Below are positions 1 through 8,740 of a DNA stretch of 64,000 nucleotides, piece after piece (positions within the stretch are counted from its first letter, which is position 1; each line of letters starts with the position of its first letter). This DNA comes from an uncultured bacterium (GTDB lineage Bacteria; Krumholzibacteriota; Krumholzibacteriia; Krumholzibacteriales; Krumholzibacteriaceae), in NCBI GenBank assembly GCA_963786935.1, contig CAWBAN010000003.1, positions 64,001-128,000 of the forward strand. Direction: 5' to 3'. A program made the translations under genes and the position numbers. The notes beneath the pieces are model-generated. The model made no database searches. It saw nothing but the letters and a program-made list of their open reading frames with translations, and had not been told where the DNA came from.

Positions 1-1
1 A

Positions 2-1606
2 TTCATACTGTTGTTAATGGTTCTGTTGGCTCTGGGCGGATGCGGAAGGGACGGCATCGTAATCGATGATCCGGCGCCCCTTCCGGAGCCGCCGGATGCA
101 TCGGCCGTCGTCGCGAATTGCGCGGCGCTGCAGGCGGCCGTCGAACAGTTCGCCGCCGAGAACGAGGGCGTTTATCCGGACGACGTGGACGCGGATACGT
201 CGCGGGCGGGGAACACCGTTCTCGATCTTCTCCCCGCGGGCGGCTTCGAGAATCCATTCACCGAAGATAACGAAGCGCCCGTGAACGGCGCCGCGGACAG
301 CCCGGGCGAAGTGGGGTACGTCCCGGTGGCCGAGGGAGAATGGAACGTCGGCTATGTCGTCACCGGCTTCGGCGCTGACGGGCTCGTCGCCACGCTCTCG
401 AACCTCGGCTCGTCCGAGGAGGCGAAGGTCATCGCCAACTGCTTCATCGTGAAGCAGACGGCGGAGGCTCAATACGACCCTTATGTCGGGTATCCGTACG
501 AGCGCGTCTGCCATCCCTGTTATCGGCTCTGGCTGCCGCATCCCCTCGTCGACCCGTACACCGGGCTCGTCTATAAAGCGCTCGTCCCGGGCGCCGCTTC
601 GTCGAAGGGAGAGATCGGCTACGTCGCCATCGTGAAGGACGGTATCGTGGCAGGCTACGTCGTGACCGGTTACGGGGACGATCGCATCGTGTGCGCCCTT
701 TCGAACTTCGCGTACTCGCGCGAAGAAGCGCTCGTGGCCGCCGAATGCCGCAGGCTCCAGATTTTCGTGGAGAATTACGCGGACACGCACGAATCGCTCT
801 ATCCCGAATCGCCCCCGACGCTGCCCGGCGTGACCTACGAGCCGGTCATGATGAACGGGTGGAACATTGGATACCGGATCGCGGGCTCGGCGCAGGGGGC
901 GGAGTTCCTCGAAATCGAGCCATCTTTAGAAGATGCGAAGGTGCGGATGAACTGCCTTCTCCTGAAGCAGGCGGTCGAGGAGTTCGCCTCGCAGAACGGC
1001 GGAGCGTATCCCGAGAAGCTGGATGCGACGGCGATCCCCGGCGGCCGGAGCGCTCTCGATCTCATGCCGCGGGAGCATCTGCTCGAGAACCCGTTCACCG
1101 GGATGCGCGAAAGCCCGGTGAATCATTCGGCCACGCGCCCCGGCGAGATCGGATACGCGGCGATTCCCGCGTACGATCCCGGTGACGGGAAGATCGTCGG
1201 CCCCGGCTACGTGATCACCGGCTACATAAAGAACAGCCGCATCATGGCGGTCACGAATCTCAGGGTAGACCCTGTCGCCGCGATTGTCATGTCCCACTGC
1301 CGGACGCTGCAGCTCGCCGTCGAGGAGTTCGCCGCGCGAAACGACGGGATCTATCCCTCCGATACAGGCGCCGACTGCACGCCTTATGGAGAAACAGTGA
1401 CCGCTCTATTGCCCGAAGGATGCCTGCTGCCGAATCCGGTGAACTGGTGCAACACTGAGCCCGTCAATGGAGCCGCGGTCAATTGCGGCGAAATCGGCTA
1501 CGTTCCCTATTGCGCGAATGGATACAATCGCGGCTACACAATAACGGGGACGGGTCGGGAGGATAACACGACCGTATTCGTCATATGGAAAGGGGTGCGG
1601 CAATAG
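2..1606 (+). CDS. Putative lipoprotein with five tandem type IV pilin/pseudopilin head-like repeats (5' end probably upstream of window)
   Basis: Frame open to the window edge; hydrophobic stretch ending in lipobox-like LALGG-C; five repeats of AxVxxNCxxLQxAVExFAxxNxGxYP...LLP...NPFT...PVNGAA..GEIGY...GYxxTGxG. Confidence 0.7.
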   Translation, partial: FILLLMVLLALGGCGRDGIVIDDPAPLPEPPDASAVVANCAALQAAVEQFAAENEGVYPDDVDADTSRAGNTVLDLLPAGGFENPFTEDNEAPVNGAADSPGEVGYVPVAEGEWNVGYVVTGFGADGLVATLSNLGSSEEAKVIANCFIVKQTAEAQYDPYVGYPYERVCHPCYRLWLPHPLVDPYTGLVYKALVPGAASSKGEIGYVAIVKDGIVAGYVVTGYGDDRIVCALSNFAYSREEALVAAECRRLQIFVENYADTHESLYPESPPTLPGVTYEPVMMNGWNIGYRIAGSAQGAEFLEIEPSLEDAKVRMNCLLLKQAVEEFASQNGGAYPEKLDATAIPGGRSALDLMPREHLLENPFTGMRESPVNHSATRPGEIGYAAIPAYDPGDGKIVGPGYVITGYIKNSRIMAVTNLRVDPVAAIVMSHCRTLQLAVEEFAARNDGIYPSDTGADCTPYGETVTALLPEGCLLPNPVNWCNTEPVNGAAVNCGEIGYVPYCANGYNRGYTITGTGREDNTTVFVIWKGVRQ

Positions 1607-1663
1607 CCTCGGGATCGAAAAAACGGTTTACAGGGAGATTCCCGCGCCCATAATGCGAGACGT

Positions 1664-3442
1664 ATGGCTTCATCGAATCGCAAGAAGGCGGCAGGGAAAA
1701 GCTCATCGAGCGCGGGCGCCCGCGCCGGTCTCTTCGGGCGCGCCGCGCTCTTCATTTTCGCCCTCGCGCTCGTCGTGCGGATCGTGTACCTCGTCGAGTT
1801 TTCCAAGAGCCCCACGTTTCATGTGCCGATCATCGATTCGGCGAGCTACGATCAGCATGCGCGGATCCTCGTCGAGCAGGGGACCTTCTCGCCACGGTTC
1901 TTCTGGCAGGGCTTCTTCTATCCGTTCTATCTCGCCGTCGTCTATTTTCTAACGGGCGGCTCGATGCTCTGGGCCCGCCTCGTCCAGATCGCGCTCGGTT
2001 CGCTCCTCTGCGTCCTCGTGTACCGGCTCGGCGCTAAACTCTTCGATACGCGGACGGGGATCGTCGCCGGGGCGATCGCGGCGCTGTACGGCCCGCTCGT
2101 CCACTACGACGCCGAGATCCTCGATGCGGGCTTCTCGGCGCTGTGGGCCGTGGCGCTCGTTCTGCTCGTTTTGAGGGCGCGTGACGCGAAGGGCATTTGG
2201 GCCGCCGCTCTCGTCGGCCTCGTCGGGGGCCTGAGCGTCGTGACGAGAGGGACGTTTCTTCCGTATGTCGCGGCTGCGGCCGTTTGGCTCGTTTTCGTGT
2301 GGCGGGCGCGGCGTGTCCCATCCGCGCGCATCATGGCGCGCGCCGGGCTCGTTCTCGCGGGATTTCTCGTCGTCACGCTGCCGGTCGCGACGCTCTGCCA
2401 TCGGGAGACGGGGGACTTCAATTTTCTCTCGCAGGCGGGGGCGATCAATCTTTACATCGGGAACAATCCCGAGCGCGACAAGACGATCATGATACGTCCC
2501 GGCGCCGAGTGGCGGGAGCTCACGCGCCTGCCCGAGGTGAAGGGCTCCGCGAGCGATTCGGAGGACCGCGCGACGTTCATGCGGCTCTTCCTCGATTACG
2601 TGAAGAGCCGGCCGGGCGATTTCGCGAAGGGGCTCGCGCACAAGACCGTGGAGTTCGTGAGCTCGCGGGAGCTACCGCGAAACGAGGATATGTACGTCGC
2701 GCGGGAATACTCGCGGCTCCTGTCTTTGCTCACCTGGAAGGCGGGCGCCTTCGGATTCCCCTTCGGGCTCCTTCTCCCGCTGGCGCTCGTGGGCATCGTG
2801 AGGCATGCGAGGCGCATCCCGGCGCCCGTCTATGGATTTCTCCTCCTGTACTCGGCGGCGATCGTCGGCGTCTTCGTGTCGGGGCGCTACCGGATCCCCG
2901 TTGCCGCGCTGCTCCCCGTTCCGGCCGCGGCGGGCGCTCTGTATTTCGTCGATCTCGCCCGCGGGCGCGCGTGGCCGCGCGCGGCCTTGATCGTGATCGC
3001 CGTGTGCGCGATCGCGGCGGGGGCGAGCGTCGCCGGTCCCTTCGCGGTCGAGCGATTCAACTACGAAGCGGAAATGCACACGATCGTCGGCTTCGAGCTC
3101 ATGAAGCAGAATCGCGGCCGGGAGGCGCTCGCGGAGCTCTCCGAGGCGCTGCGTCTCGAGCCGGAGAACGTCGACGCTCACAAATATATCGGGCTTCTCA
3201 TGAGCGGCCGGCGCCGGCACGCGGAGGCCGAGGCTCATCTGCGCAAGGCCCTCGAGGGGGATCCCGATTCCTATTTCATCAAGTACTACCTCGGCGGCAC
3301 GCTCCTCAATCTCGGAAAGCGCGACGAGGCGCTCCGCTATCTGAGGGAAGCGCGGGAGGGGGCGGCCGCGGCGCGGGAAGAGCAGCTTCTCAAGGAAATC
3401 GATCGGGCGCTCGGCTCGCTCGTGGAAAAGTCTCCGGGATGA
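1664..3442 (+). CDS. GT-C fold (PMT/ArnT-like) membrane glycosyltransferase with C-terminal TPR repeats
   Basis: Many TM helices, first-loop IIDSASYD motif, NLYIGNNP, RYRIP, C-terminal TPRs (ALRLEPENVDAHKYIG). Confidence 0.8.
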   Translation: MASSNRKKAAGKSSSSAGARAGLFGRAALFIFALALVVRIVYLVEFSKSPTFHVPIIDSASYDQHARILVEQGTFSPRFFWQGFFYPFYLAVVYFLTGGSMLWARLVQIALGSLLCVLVYRLGAKLFDTRTGIVAGAIAALYGPLVHYDAEILDAGFSALWAVALVLLVLRARDAKGIWAAALVGLVGGLSVVTRGTFLPYVAAAAVWLVFVWRARRVPSARIMARAGLVLAGFLVVTLPVATLCHRETGDFNFLSQAGAINLYIGNNPERDKTIMIRPGAEWRELTRLPEVKGSASDSEDRATFMRLFLDYVKSRPGDFAKGLAHKTVEFVSSRELPRNEDMYVAREYSRLLSLLTWKAGAFGFPFGLLLPLALVGIVRHARRIPAPVYGFLLLYSAAIVGVFVSGRYRIPVAALLPVPAAAGALYFVDLARGRAWPRAALIVIAVCAIAAGASVAGPFAVERFNYEAEMHTIVGFELMKQNRGREALAELSEALRLEPENVDAHKYIGLLMSGRRRHAEAEAHLRKALEGDPDSYFIKYYLGGTLLNLGKRDEALRYLREAREGAAAAREEQLLKEIDRALGSLVEKSPG

Positions 3443-4873
3443 TCAGGCCTCGCGGAACTGCTCCAGGAAGCCGATGAACCGCCGCGCGTCCTCGAAGTTC
3501 GAGGCGAGGCCGAAGGAGATGCGCACGGCGCCCGTGCTCTTGCCGTCGATGCACTGCCTGAACTCGGTGAGCGACATGCGGGAGCCGGTCCGGTCGAGGC
3601 ACCGGGTCATGTCGTCCTTCGAGAGGCCGAGGGCGAGCTCGCCGGCGCCCGGGTTGCAGAGGCAGCCCGTGCGGAGCGAGATGTTCATCCTGTTCGCGCG
3701 GTCCTCGACGGTGAGGTGGTCGATCGAGACGCCCGAGGCGCTGTAGACGTTGAACGTGATCGTCGCCCCGCGCATCGTCGTGTCGGTGGGGCCGTAGACG
3801 CGTACGAGCGGGCGGCCGTTCCCGTGCCCGAGGGAGGTCATTCGCTCGAGGAGCCAGCCGGCGAGGCTCATGACGCGCGAGTGAATCATGTCCACCCCGA
3901 TCGACTCCATGTAATCGAGGCCGCGCTCGACGGCGGGGAGGCAGGCGTAGTTGAGCGTGCCGTCCTCGAAGCCCTCGGCGCCCGCCGCGAGGAAATACTT
4001 GTCCGCCTGAACGGAGGCCACCGTGATCGTCCCGCCGGCGAACCAGGGGCGCCGGAGCTTCTCGAGCGCCTTGCGCCGGACGATGAGCGCGCCGACCCCC
4101 GTCGGGTAGCCGAACATCTTGTAGAACGAAACGGTGACGTAGTCGGGATGCCAGCGGCCGAGGTCGAGCCGGTTCGTCGGGACGAATGCCGCCGCGTCGA
4201 GGAGCACGTCCCAGCCCTTCTCCTGGGCCCTGCCGATCCACTCGAGGGGATGCTGGACTCCCGAGAAATTCGACTGCGCCGGATATGCGAAGAGCCGGTT
4301 ACAGACCTTCGGGCTCTCGTCCAGGTACTTCTCGACCACGCAGTCGAGCAGGCGCATGTCGGGGGGCATGATGGGGGCGTATTTCGTGACGGCGCCGCGG
4401 GCGCGGTCGTATTCGCGCATGCCGTTCACCGAGTTGTGATTGTCGAAACTGAGGAGCAGGATGTCCCCCGGGCAGAAGGGGTAGCCCTCGCCGATGAGCT
4501 TGAGCGCCTGCGAAGCGTTCGCGGTGAACACGGGGATGTACTCCTCGGGGGAGGCGTTGAAGAACGAGAGGATGCGGCGGCGGCACTGCTCGACGTGGTC
4601 GTTGGAGACGGTCGACGACGGGTTCGTCGAGTGCGGATTTCCGAGGATGTTCCCGAGGAGGAACTCGGCGTGATCCCGCACGAGCGAGGCGCCGTAGAGC
4701 CCGCCCCCGGTGTAATCGAGGTACACGTGCCCCTGCGCGTCGAGCCGGGAGAAATCCTTCGCGCGGATCTCGTCGATGGCGGACGTCAGTTCGTAGTCGG
4801 GGTATCGGTCGAGGAATGCACGGTATTCCGCGTCCCGTTGCTCGTTCGTCCGGGCGTTCGATGTCGTTTTCAC
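3443..4873 (-). CDS. Class V PLP-dependent aminotransferase, molybdenum-cofactor-sulfurase/cysteine desulfurase-like
   Basis: VYLDYTGGG, GNPHS, DNHNSVNG, LDAAAF, PLP Lys in SFYKMFGYPTGVG, RTGCLCNPG catalytic Cys loop; GTG at 4873 chosen for its GGGAGG SD and upstream promoter. Confidence 0.85.
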   Translation of the reverse strand: MKTTSNARTNEQRDAEYRAFLDRYPDYELTSAIDEIRAKDFSRLDAQGHVYLDYTGGGLYGASLVRDHAEFLLGNILGNPHSTNPSSTVSNDHVEQCRRRILSFFNASPEEYIPVFTANASQALKLIGEGYPFCPGDILLLSFDNHNSVNGMREYDRARGAVTKYAPIMPPDMRLLDCVVEKYLDESPKVCNRLFAYPAQSNFSGVQHPLEWIGRAQEKGWDVLLDAAAFVPTNRLDLGRWHPDYVTVSFYKMFGYPTGVGALIVRRKALEKLRRPWFAGGTITVASVQADKYFLAAGAEGFEDGTLNYACLPAVERGLDYMESIGVDMIHSRVMSLAGWLLERMTSLGHGNGRPLVRVYGPTDTTMRGATITFNVYSASGVSIDHLTVEDRANRMNISLRTGCLCNPGAGELALGLSKDDMTRCLDRTGSRMSLTEFRQCIDGKSTGAVRISFGLASNFEDARRFIGFLEQFREA

Positions 4874-4903
4874 GCGCGATGCCTCCCGTTCCGTCGTGCC
4901 GTG

Positions 4904-4996
4904 AATGTAGCCCATGGCGGGCTCTCTGTCAATACGCGAGAAAACGGTTGACAATGATTTATTAAATAATTAGAATATTCGCATAATATGATATTC
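4904..4996. promoter_or_regulatory. Back-to-back sigma70-type promoters with a palindromic putative ArsR-family operator
   Basis: Plus strand: TTGACA(4948-4953)-17-TAGAAT(4971-4976). Minus strand: TTGACA(4932-4927)-17-TACATT(4909-4904). Inverted repeat GAATAT-N12-ATATTC (4973-4996) overlaps the plus-strand -10. Confidence 0.7.
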
Positions 4997-5063
4997 CGGC
5001 CGTCGGGCGCGCCGCGGAGCGCGCCGGGCCTGAAAACGGCGTACGGAGGCAAGGAGCAGTGCG

Positions 5064-5318
5064 ATGAACGAGGACGAACTGAAGAAACTCACGGCCGACA
5101 AGGTCGTCGACGCGCGCGGGATGGCCTGCCCGGGACCGCTGCTCGAGGCCAAGAAAGCGATCACGAGCCTTCCCGTGGGCGGCATCATGGAGGTCCTCTC
5201 TTCGGACGAGGGGACGAACAACGACATCCCGATGTGGACGAAGAAGATGCAGTACGAACATCTCGGAACGGTGGAGGACGCCGGTTTCTGGAGACTGTTC
5301 GTGAAGAAGACGAAGTAG
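5064..5318 (+). CDS. tusA: TusA family sulfur carrier protein
   Basis: VDARGMACPGP motif, 84 aa, AAGGAG SD. Confidence 0.9.
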   Translation: MNEDELKKLTADKVVDARGMACPGPLLEAKKAITSLPVGGIMEVLSSDEGTNNDIPMWTKKMQYEHLGTVEDAGFWRLFVKKTK

Positions 5319-5331
5319 GGACGCGGATACG

Positions 5332-5628
5332 ATGAAGAAGGGACTTCCGGAGAGGCGGCGATGCGCCCGGCTCGCCACGCTCTTCAAGACGCTCTCGCAT
5401 CCGCAGCGGCTGTATCTCCTCTGCTGCCTCTGCGACGGAGAGTCGACGGTGGGCGAGCTCGGCGCCGCGTGCGGGGCGCCGCAGCCGGTGATTTCGCAGC
5501 ACCTCACGAGGCTGCGCCTCGAGGGGATCGTCGAATCCCGGCGCGCCGGAAACCACGTGCACTATTCGATCGCGGACCCGCACATCCCGGCCCTGATCCG
5601 GAGCATGGAGAGGATTTCGCATGAGTGA
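5332..5628 (+). CDS. ArsR/SmtB family regulator (BigR/SqrR-like, Cys-rich)
   Basis: LSHPQRLYLLCCL...TVGEL...ISQHLTRLR...VHYSI wHTH. Confidence 0.85.
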   Translation: MKKGLPERRRCARLATLFKTLSHPQRLYLLCCLCDGESTVGELGAACGAPQPVISQHLTRLRLEGIVESRRAGNHVHYSIADPHIPALIRSMERISHE

Positions 5629-6031
5629 ATTCAGCCCGCGCATCCTTGTTTTCTCGACCGAGAACGTCTCCGATCCGGGGATCGACCTCGCCGGGCGGAA
5701 CAAGATGCATTACCCCGCGACGGTTTTCGTCATCACGGTGCCGTGCTCGAGCGGCATCAAGGCGTCGTGGATCGTGCACGCGCTCGAGAACGGCTTCGAC
5801 GGGGTGTTCGTCGCGGCCGACGGGAGCGACTGCGCGTTGGTGAGCGACTGCACGGCGCGCACGGCGCGGACGACGGCCGCGGCGCAGGCGGCGCTCAGGG
5901 AGAAATCGCTCGAGCCCGCGCGGGTCAAGATGGCGGCGCTCTGCTCGGTGTGCGCCGAGTCGTTCCAGAAGCACATGAAGCAGTTCAGCGAGGCGCTCAG
6001 GAAGATGGGCCCGGCGAAGAAGGCGGCGTAG
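5621..6031 (+). CDS. mvhD: MvhD/FlpD-like iron-sulfur subunit (atypical Cys pattern)
   Basis: PRILVF...DLAG...HYP...VPCSSGI...ALENGFDGVFV...DC; C-terminal CSVC. Confidence 0.8.
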   Translation: MSEFSPRILVFSTENVSDPGIDLAGRNKMHYPATVFVITVPCSSGIKASWIVHALENGFDGVFVAADGSDCALVSDCTARTARTTAAAQAALREKSLEPARVKMAALCSVCAESFQKHMKQFSEALRKMGPAKKAA

Positions 6032-8740
6032 ATGGATTACGATGCGCTCGTCGTCGGCGGCGGGATCGCCGGCATGGAATCGGCGATCAACCTCGGCGAC
6101 ATGGGATACCGCGTGCTCCTCGTCGAGAAGGAGCCGAGCGTGGGGGGGAAGATGATCCTCCTCAGCAAGGTGTTTCCCACGCTCGACTGCGCCTCGTGCA
6201 TCTCGACGCCGAAGATGGCGCTCGCTGCGAGCCACCCGAACGTCGAGCTCAACGTCTACAGCGAGGTCAAAAACATCCGCCGGAACGCGGACGGCACGTT
6301 CAAGGCCACGGTCGTGCGGAAGCCCACCTTCGTCGATTTCGCCAAATGCACCGGCTGCCAGGACTGCGAGAAGGCCTGCTCGGTCACCGTGCCCGATAAT
6401 TTCAACTTCGATCTCGTCTCGCGGCGCGCCGCGTACATCGCGTTCCCGCAGGCCGTGCCGAAGAAGGCGGTCATCGATCGCGAGGGAACGTCCCCGTGCA
6501 CGTACGCCTGCCCCGCCGGCATCAAGGCGAACGGATACATCTCGCTCGCGCGCAGGGGGGATTTCGAAAAGGCGTTCGATCTGATCATGGAGGACGCCCC
6601 CCTCGTCGGGAGCCTCGGACGCGCCTGCTACGCTCCGTGCCAGCCCGAGTGCACCCGCGAGAAGATCGGCGACGCCCCCGAGATCAAGCTGCTGAAGCGA
6701 TTCATCGCCGACTGGTACTACGCGCGGCATCCCGAGCCCGCGTACGGAGCGCCCGAGGAGAAAACGGGGAAATCGGTCGCGATCGTCGGGTCGGGCCCGT
6801 CGGGGCTCACCGCGGCGTACTTCCTCGCGCGGCAGGGGCACCGAGTCGTCGTCTTCGAGGCGGGCGCGGAGACCGGCGGCATGCTCCGCACGGGGCTTCC
6901 CGCCTACCGCCTGCCGAAGGACGTCGTCGACCGGGACATGAAGAACGTGACGGCGCTCGGCGTCGAGATCAAGACCGGCGCCAAGGTCGAATCGCTCTCG
7001 AAGCTCCGCTCGGAGGGCTTCGACGCGGTGTTCATCTCGGTCGGCGCACCCATCCCGAGGAAGCTCCGCGTGGAGGGGGAGGACCATCCGGGCGTCACGA
7101 GCGGGATCGCGCTCCTCGCGGACGCGGCGCTCGGCGTCCCGGTCGATCTCTCCGGCAAGCGCGTCCTCGTCGTCGGCGGCGGCAACGTCGCCATCGACGT
7201 CGCGCGGACGGCCCGGCGGCTGCACGCGCGCGAGGTGCACATGATGTGCCTCGAGAAGCGCCACGAGATGCCCGCGGCGAAGGAAGAGATCCACGAGGCC
7301 CTCGAAGAGGGGATCGTGATCCACGACGGGCTCGGTCCGAAGCGCATCGTCGTCGCGGGCGACGCCGTCACGGGGATCGAGGCGAAGCGCTGCACGTCGG
7401 TTTTCGACGAGCGCGGCGCGTTCGCCCCGAAGTTCGACGAGCGCTCGATCAAAACGCTCCCCGCCGACGTCATCTTCGTCGCCATCGGACAGGTGTCGCC
7501 CACGGCGGGATTCGCCGCCGACGGCGTCCAGCTCAATCCCAATACGACGATCAAGGCCGGCGAGCGGACCCTCATGACGAGCGTTTCGGGTATCTTCGCG
7601 GGCGGCGAAGCGGTGACCGGACCCTCGATGATCGTGAAGGCGATCGCTCAGGGGAAGCGCGCCGCGTTCCACATCGACCGCTTCCTGCGGGGTGAGGCGC
7701 TCGACGCGGCGGAATTCGAGCCGAAGCTTGCCGTGATGGGCAAAGAAACCGTCCTCGCGCGCCAGACGGCGTACCCGTCGGTCCGCGTCGAGAAGCGGGC
7801 GAAACCGACGCACCTCCGCGTGGACGATTTCAGCGAGGTGCAGGAGCCCCTCACGGAGGAAGAAGCCCTCGCGAGCGCCTCGAACTGCCTCAACTGCGGG
7901 ATCTGCAGCGAATGCCACCAGTGCAGGAACGTCTGCCCGGCGGACGCGGTCGATTTCGACATGCGGGCGGTCGAGCGGGAGATCGAGGTGGGCTCGGTGG
8001 TCGTCTCGACGGGATTCCGGCTCTTCCCCGGCGAGCTCATGGAGCGCTACGGCTACGGGAAATATAAAAATGTCATCACGGCGATGCAGATGGACCGGCT
8101 CGTCGCCCCGACGCGCCCCTTCAATTACGTGATGAGGCCGGGGGACGGGAAGAAGCCCGCCAACATCGCCTACGTCTTCTGCGCGGGCTCGCGCGACCGC
8201 ACGGTGAATAATCCCATCTGTTCCCGCGTCTGCTGCATGTACTCGATAAAACAGGCGCAGCTCCTCCTCGGCGCGCTGCCCGTCGCCGACATCACGATGT
8301 ACTACATCGACATCCGCGCCTTCGGCAAGGGGTACGACGAGTTCTACGAGCAGACGAAGGCGATGGGGGTGCGCTTCGTGAAGGGGAAGGTCGCGAAGAT
8401 CACGGAAAAGGACGGGGGAGAGCTCGTGCTCCGCTACGAGGACATCGACGCCGGCGGCGCGATCCGCGAGGCGGAACACGATCTCGTCGTCCTCTCGGTC
8501 GGATTCACGCCGAATCCCGAATTCATGCGCCTCTTCGACGGCGCCCCGCTCGAGCGGGACGACATGCTCTTCGTGCGCGAGCCCGAGGAGCACGTGAGCC
8601 CCGCCAAGACGAGCATCGAGGGCGTCTTCGCGGCCGGCGCGGCGACCGGGCCGATGGACATCCCCGACACGATTCTCCACTCGGGCGCGGCGGCGGCGCA
8701 GGCCGCCTCCTACATCGAGGGGCTCAAGAGGAAGCGATGA
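6032..8740 (+). CDS. hdrA: HdrA-like flavoprotein with inserted GltD-type NAD(P)H/FAD oxidoreductase module (HdrL-type)
   Basis: GGGIAG FAD motif, VFPTLDCASC, CTGCQDCEKAC; insert with PCTYACPAGI/GRACYAPC, GSGPSG, GGGNVA; then CLNCGICSECHQC and CAGSRD...CSRVCCMY. Confidence 0.9.
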   Translation: MDYDALVVGGGIAGMESAINLGDMGYRVLLVEKEPSVGGKMILLSKVFPTLDCASCISTPKMALAASHPNVELNVYSEVKNIRRNADGTFKATVVRKPTFVDFAKCTGCQDCEKACSVTVPDNFNFDLVSRRAAYIAFPQAVPKKAVIDREGTSPCTYACPAGIKANGYISLARRGDFEKAFDLIMEDAPLVGSLGRACYAPCQPECTREKIGDAPEIKLLKRFIADWYYARHPEPAYGAPEEKTGKSVAIVGSGPSGLTAAYFLARQGHRVVVFEAGAETGGMLRTGLPAYRLPKDVVDRDMKNVTALGVEIKTGAKVESLSKLRSEGFDAVFISVGAPIPRKLRVEGEDHPGVTSGIALLADAALGVPVDLSGKRVLVVGGGNVAIDVARTARRLHAREVHMMCLEKRHEMPAAKEEIHEALEEGIVIHDGLGPKRIVVAGDAVTGIEAKRCTSVFDERGAFAPKFDERSIKTLPADVIFVAIGQVSPTAGFAADGVQLNPNTTIKAGERTLMTSVSGIFAGGEAVTGPSMIVKAIAQGKRAAFHIDRFLRGEALDAAEFEPKLAVMGKETVLARQTAYPSVRVEKRAKPTHLRVDDFSEVQEPLTEEEALASASNCLNCGICSECHQCRNVCPADAVDFDMRAVEREIEVGSVVVSTGFRLFPGELMERYGYGKYKNVITAMQMDRLVAPTRPFNYVMRPGDGKKPANIAYVFCAGSRDRTVNNPICSRVCCMYSIKQAQLLLGALPVADITMYYIDIRAFGKGYDEFYEQTKAMGVRFVKGKVAKITEKDGGELVLRYEDIDAGGAIREAEHDLVVLSVGFTPNPEFMRLFDGAPLERDDMLFVREPEEHVSPAKTSIEGVFAAGAATGPMDIPDTILHSGAAAAQAASYIEGLKRKR

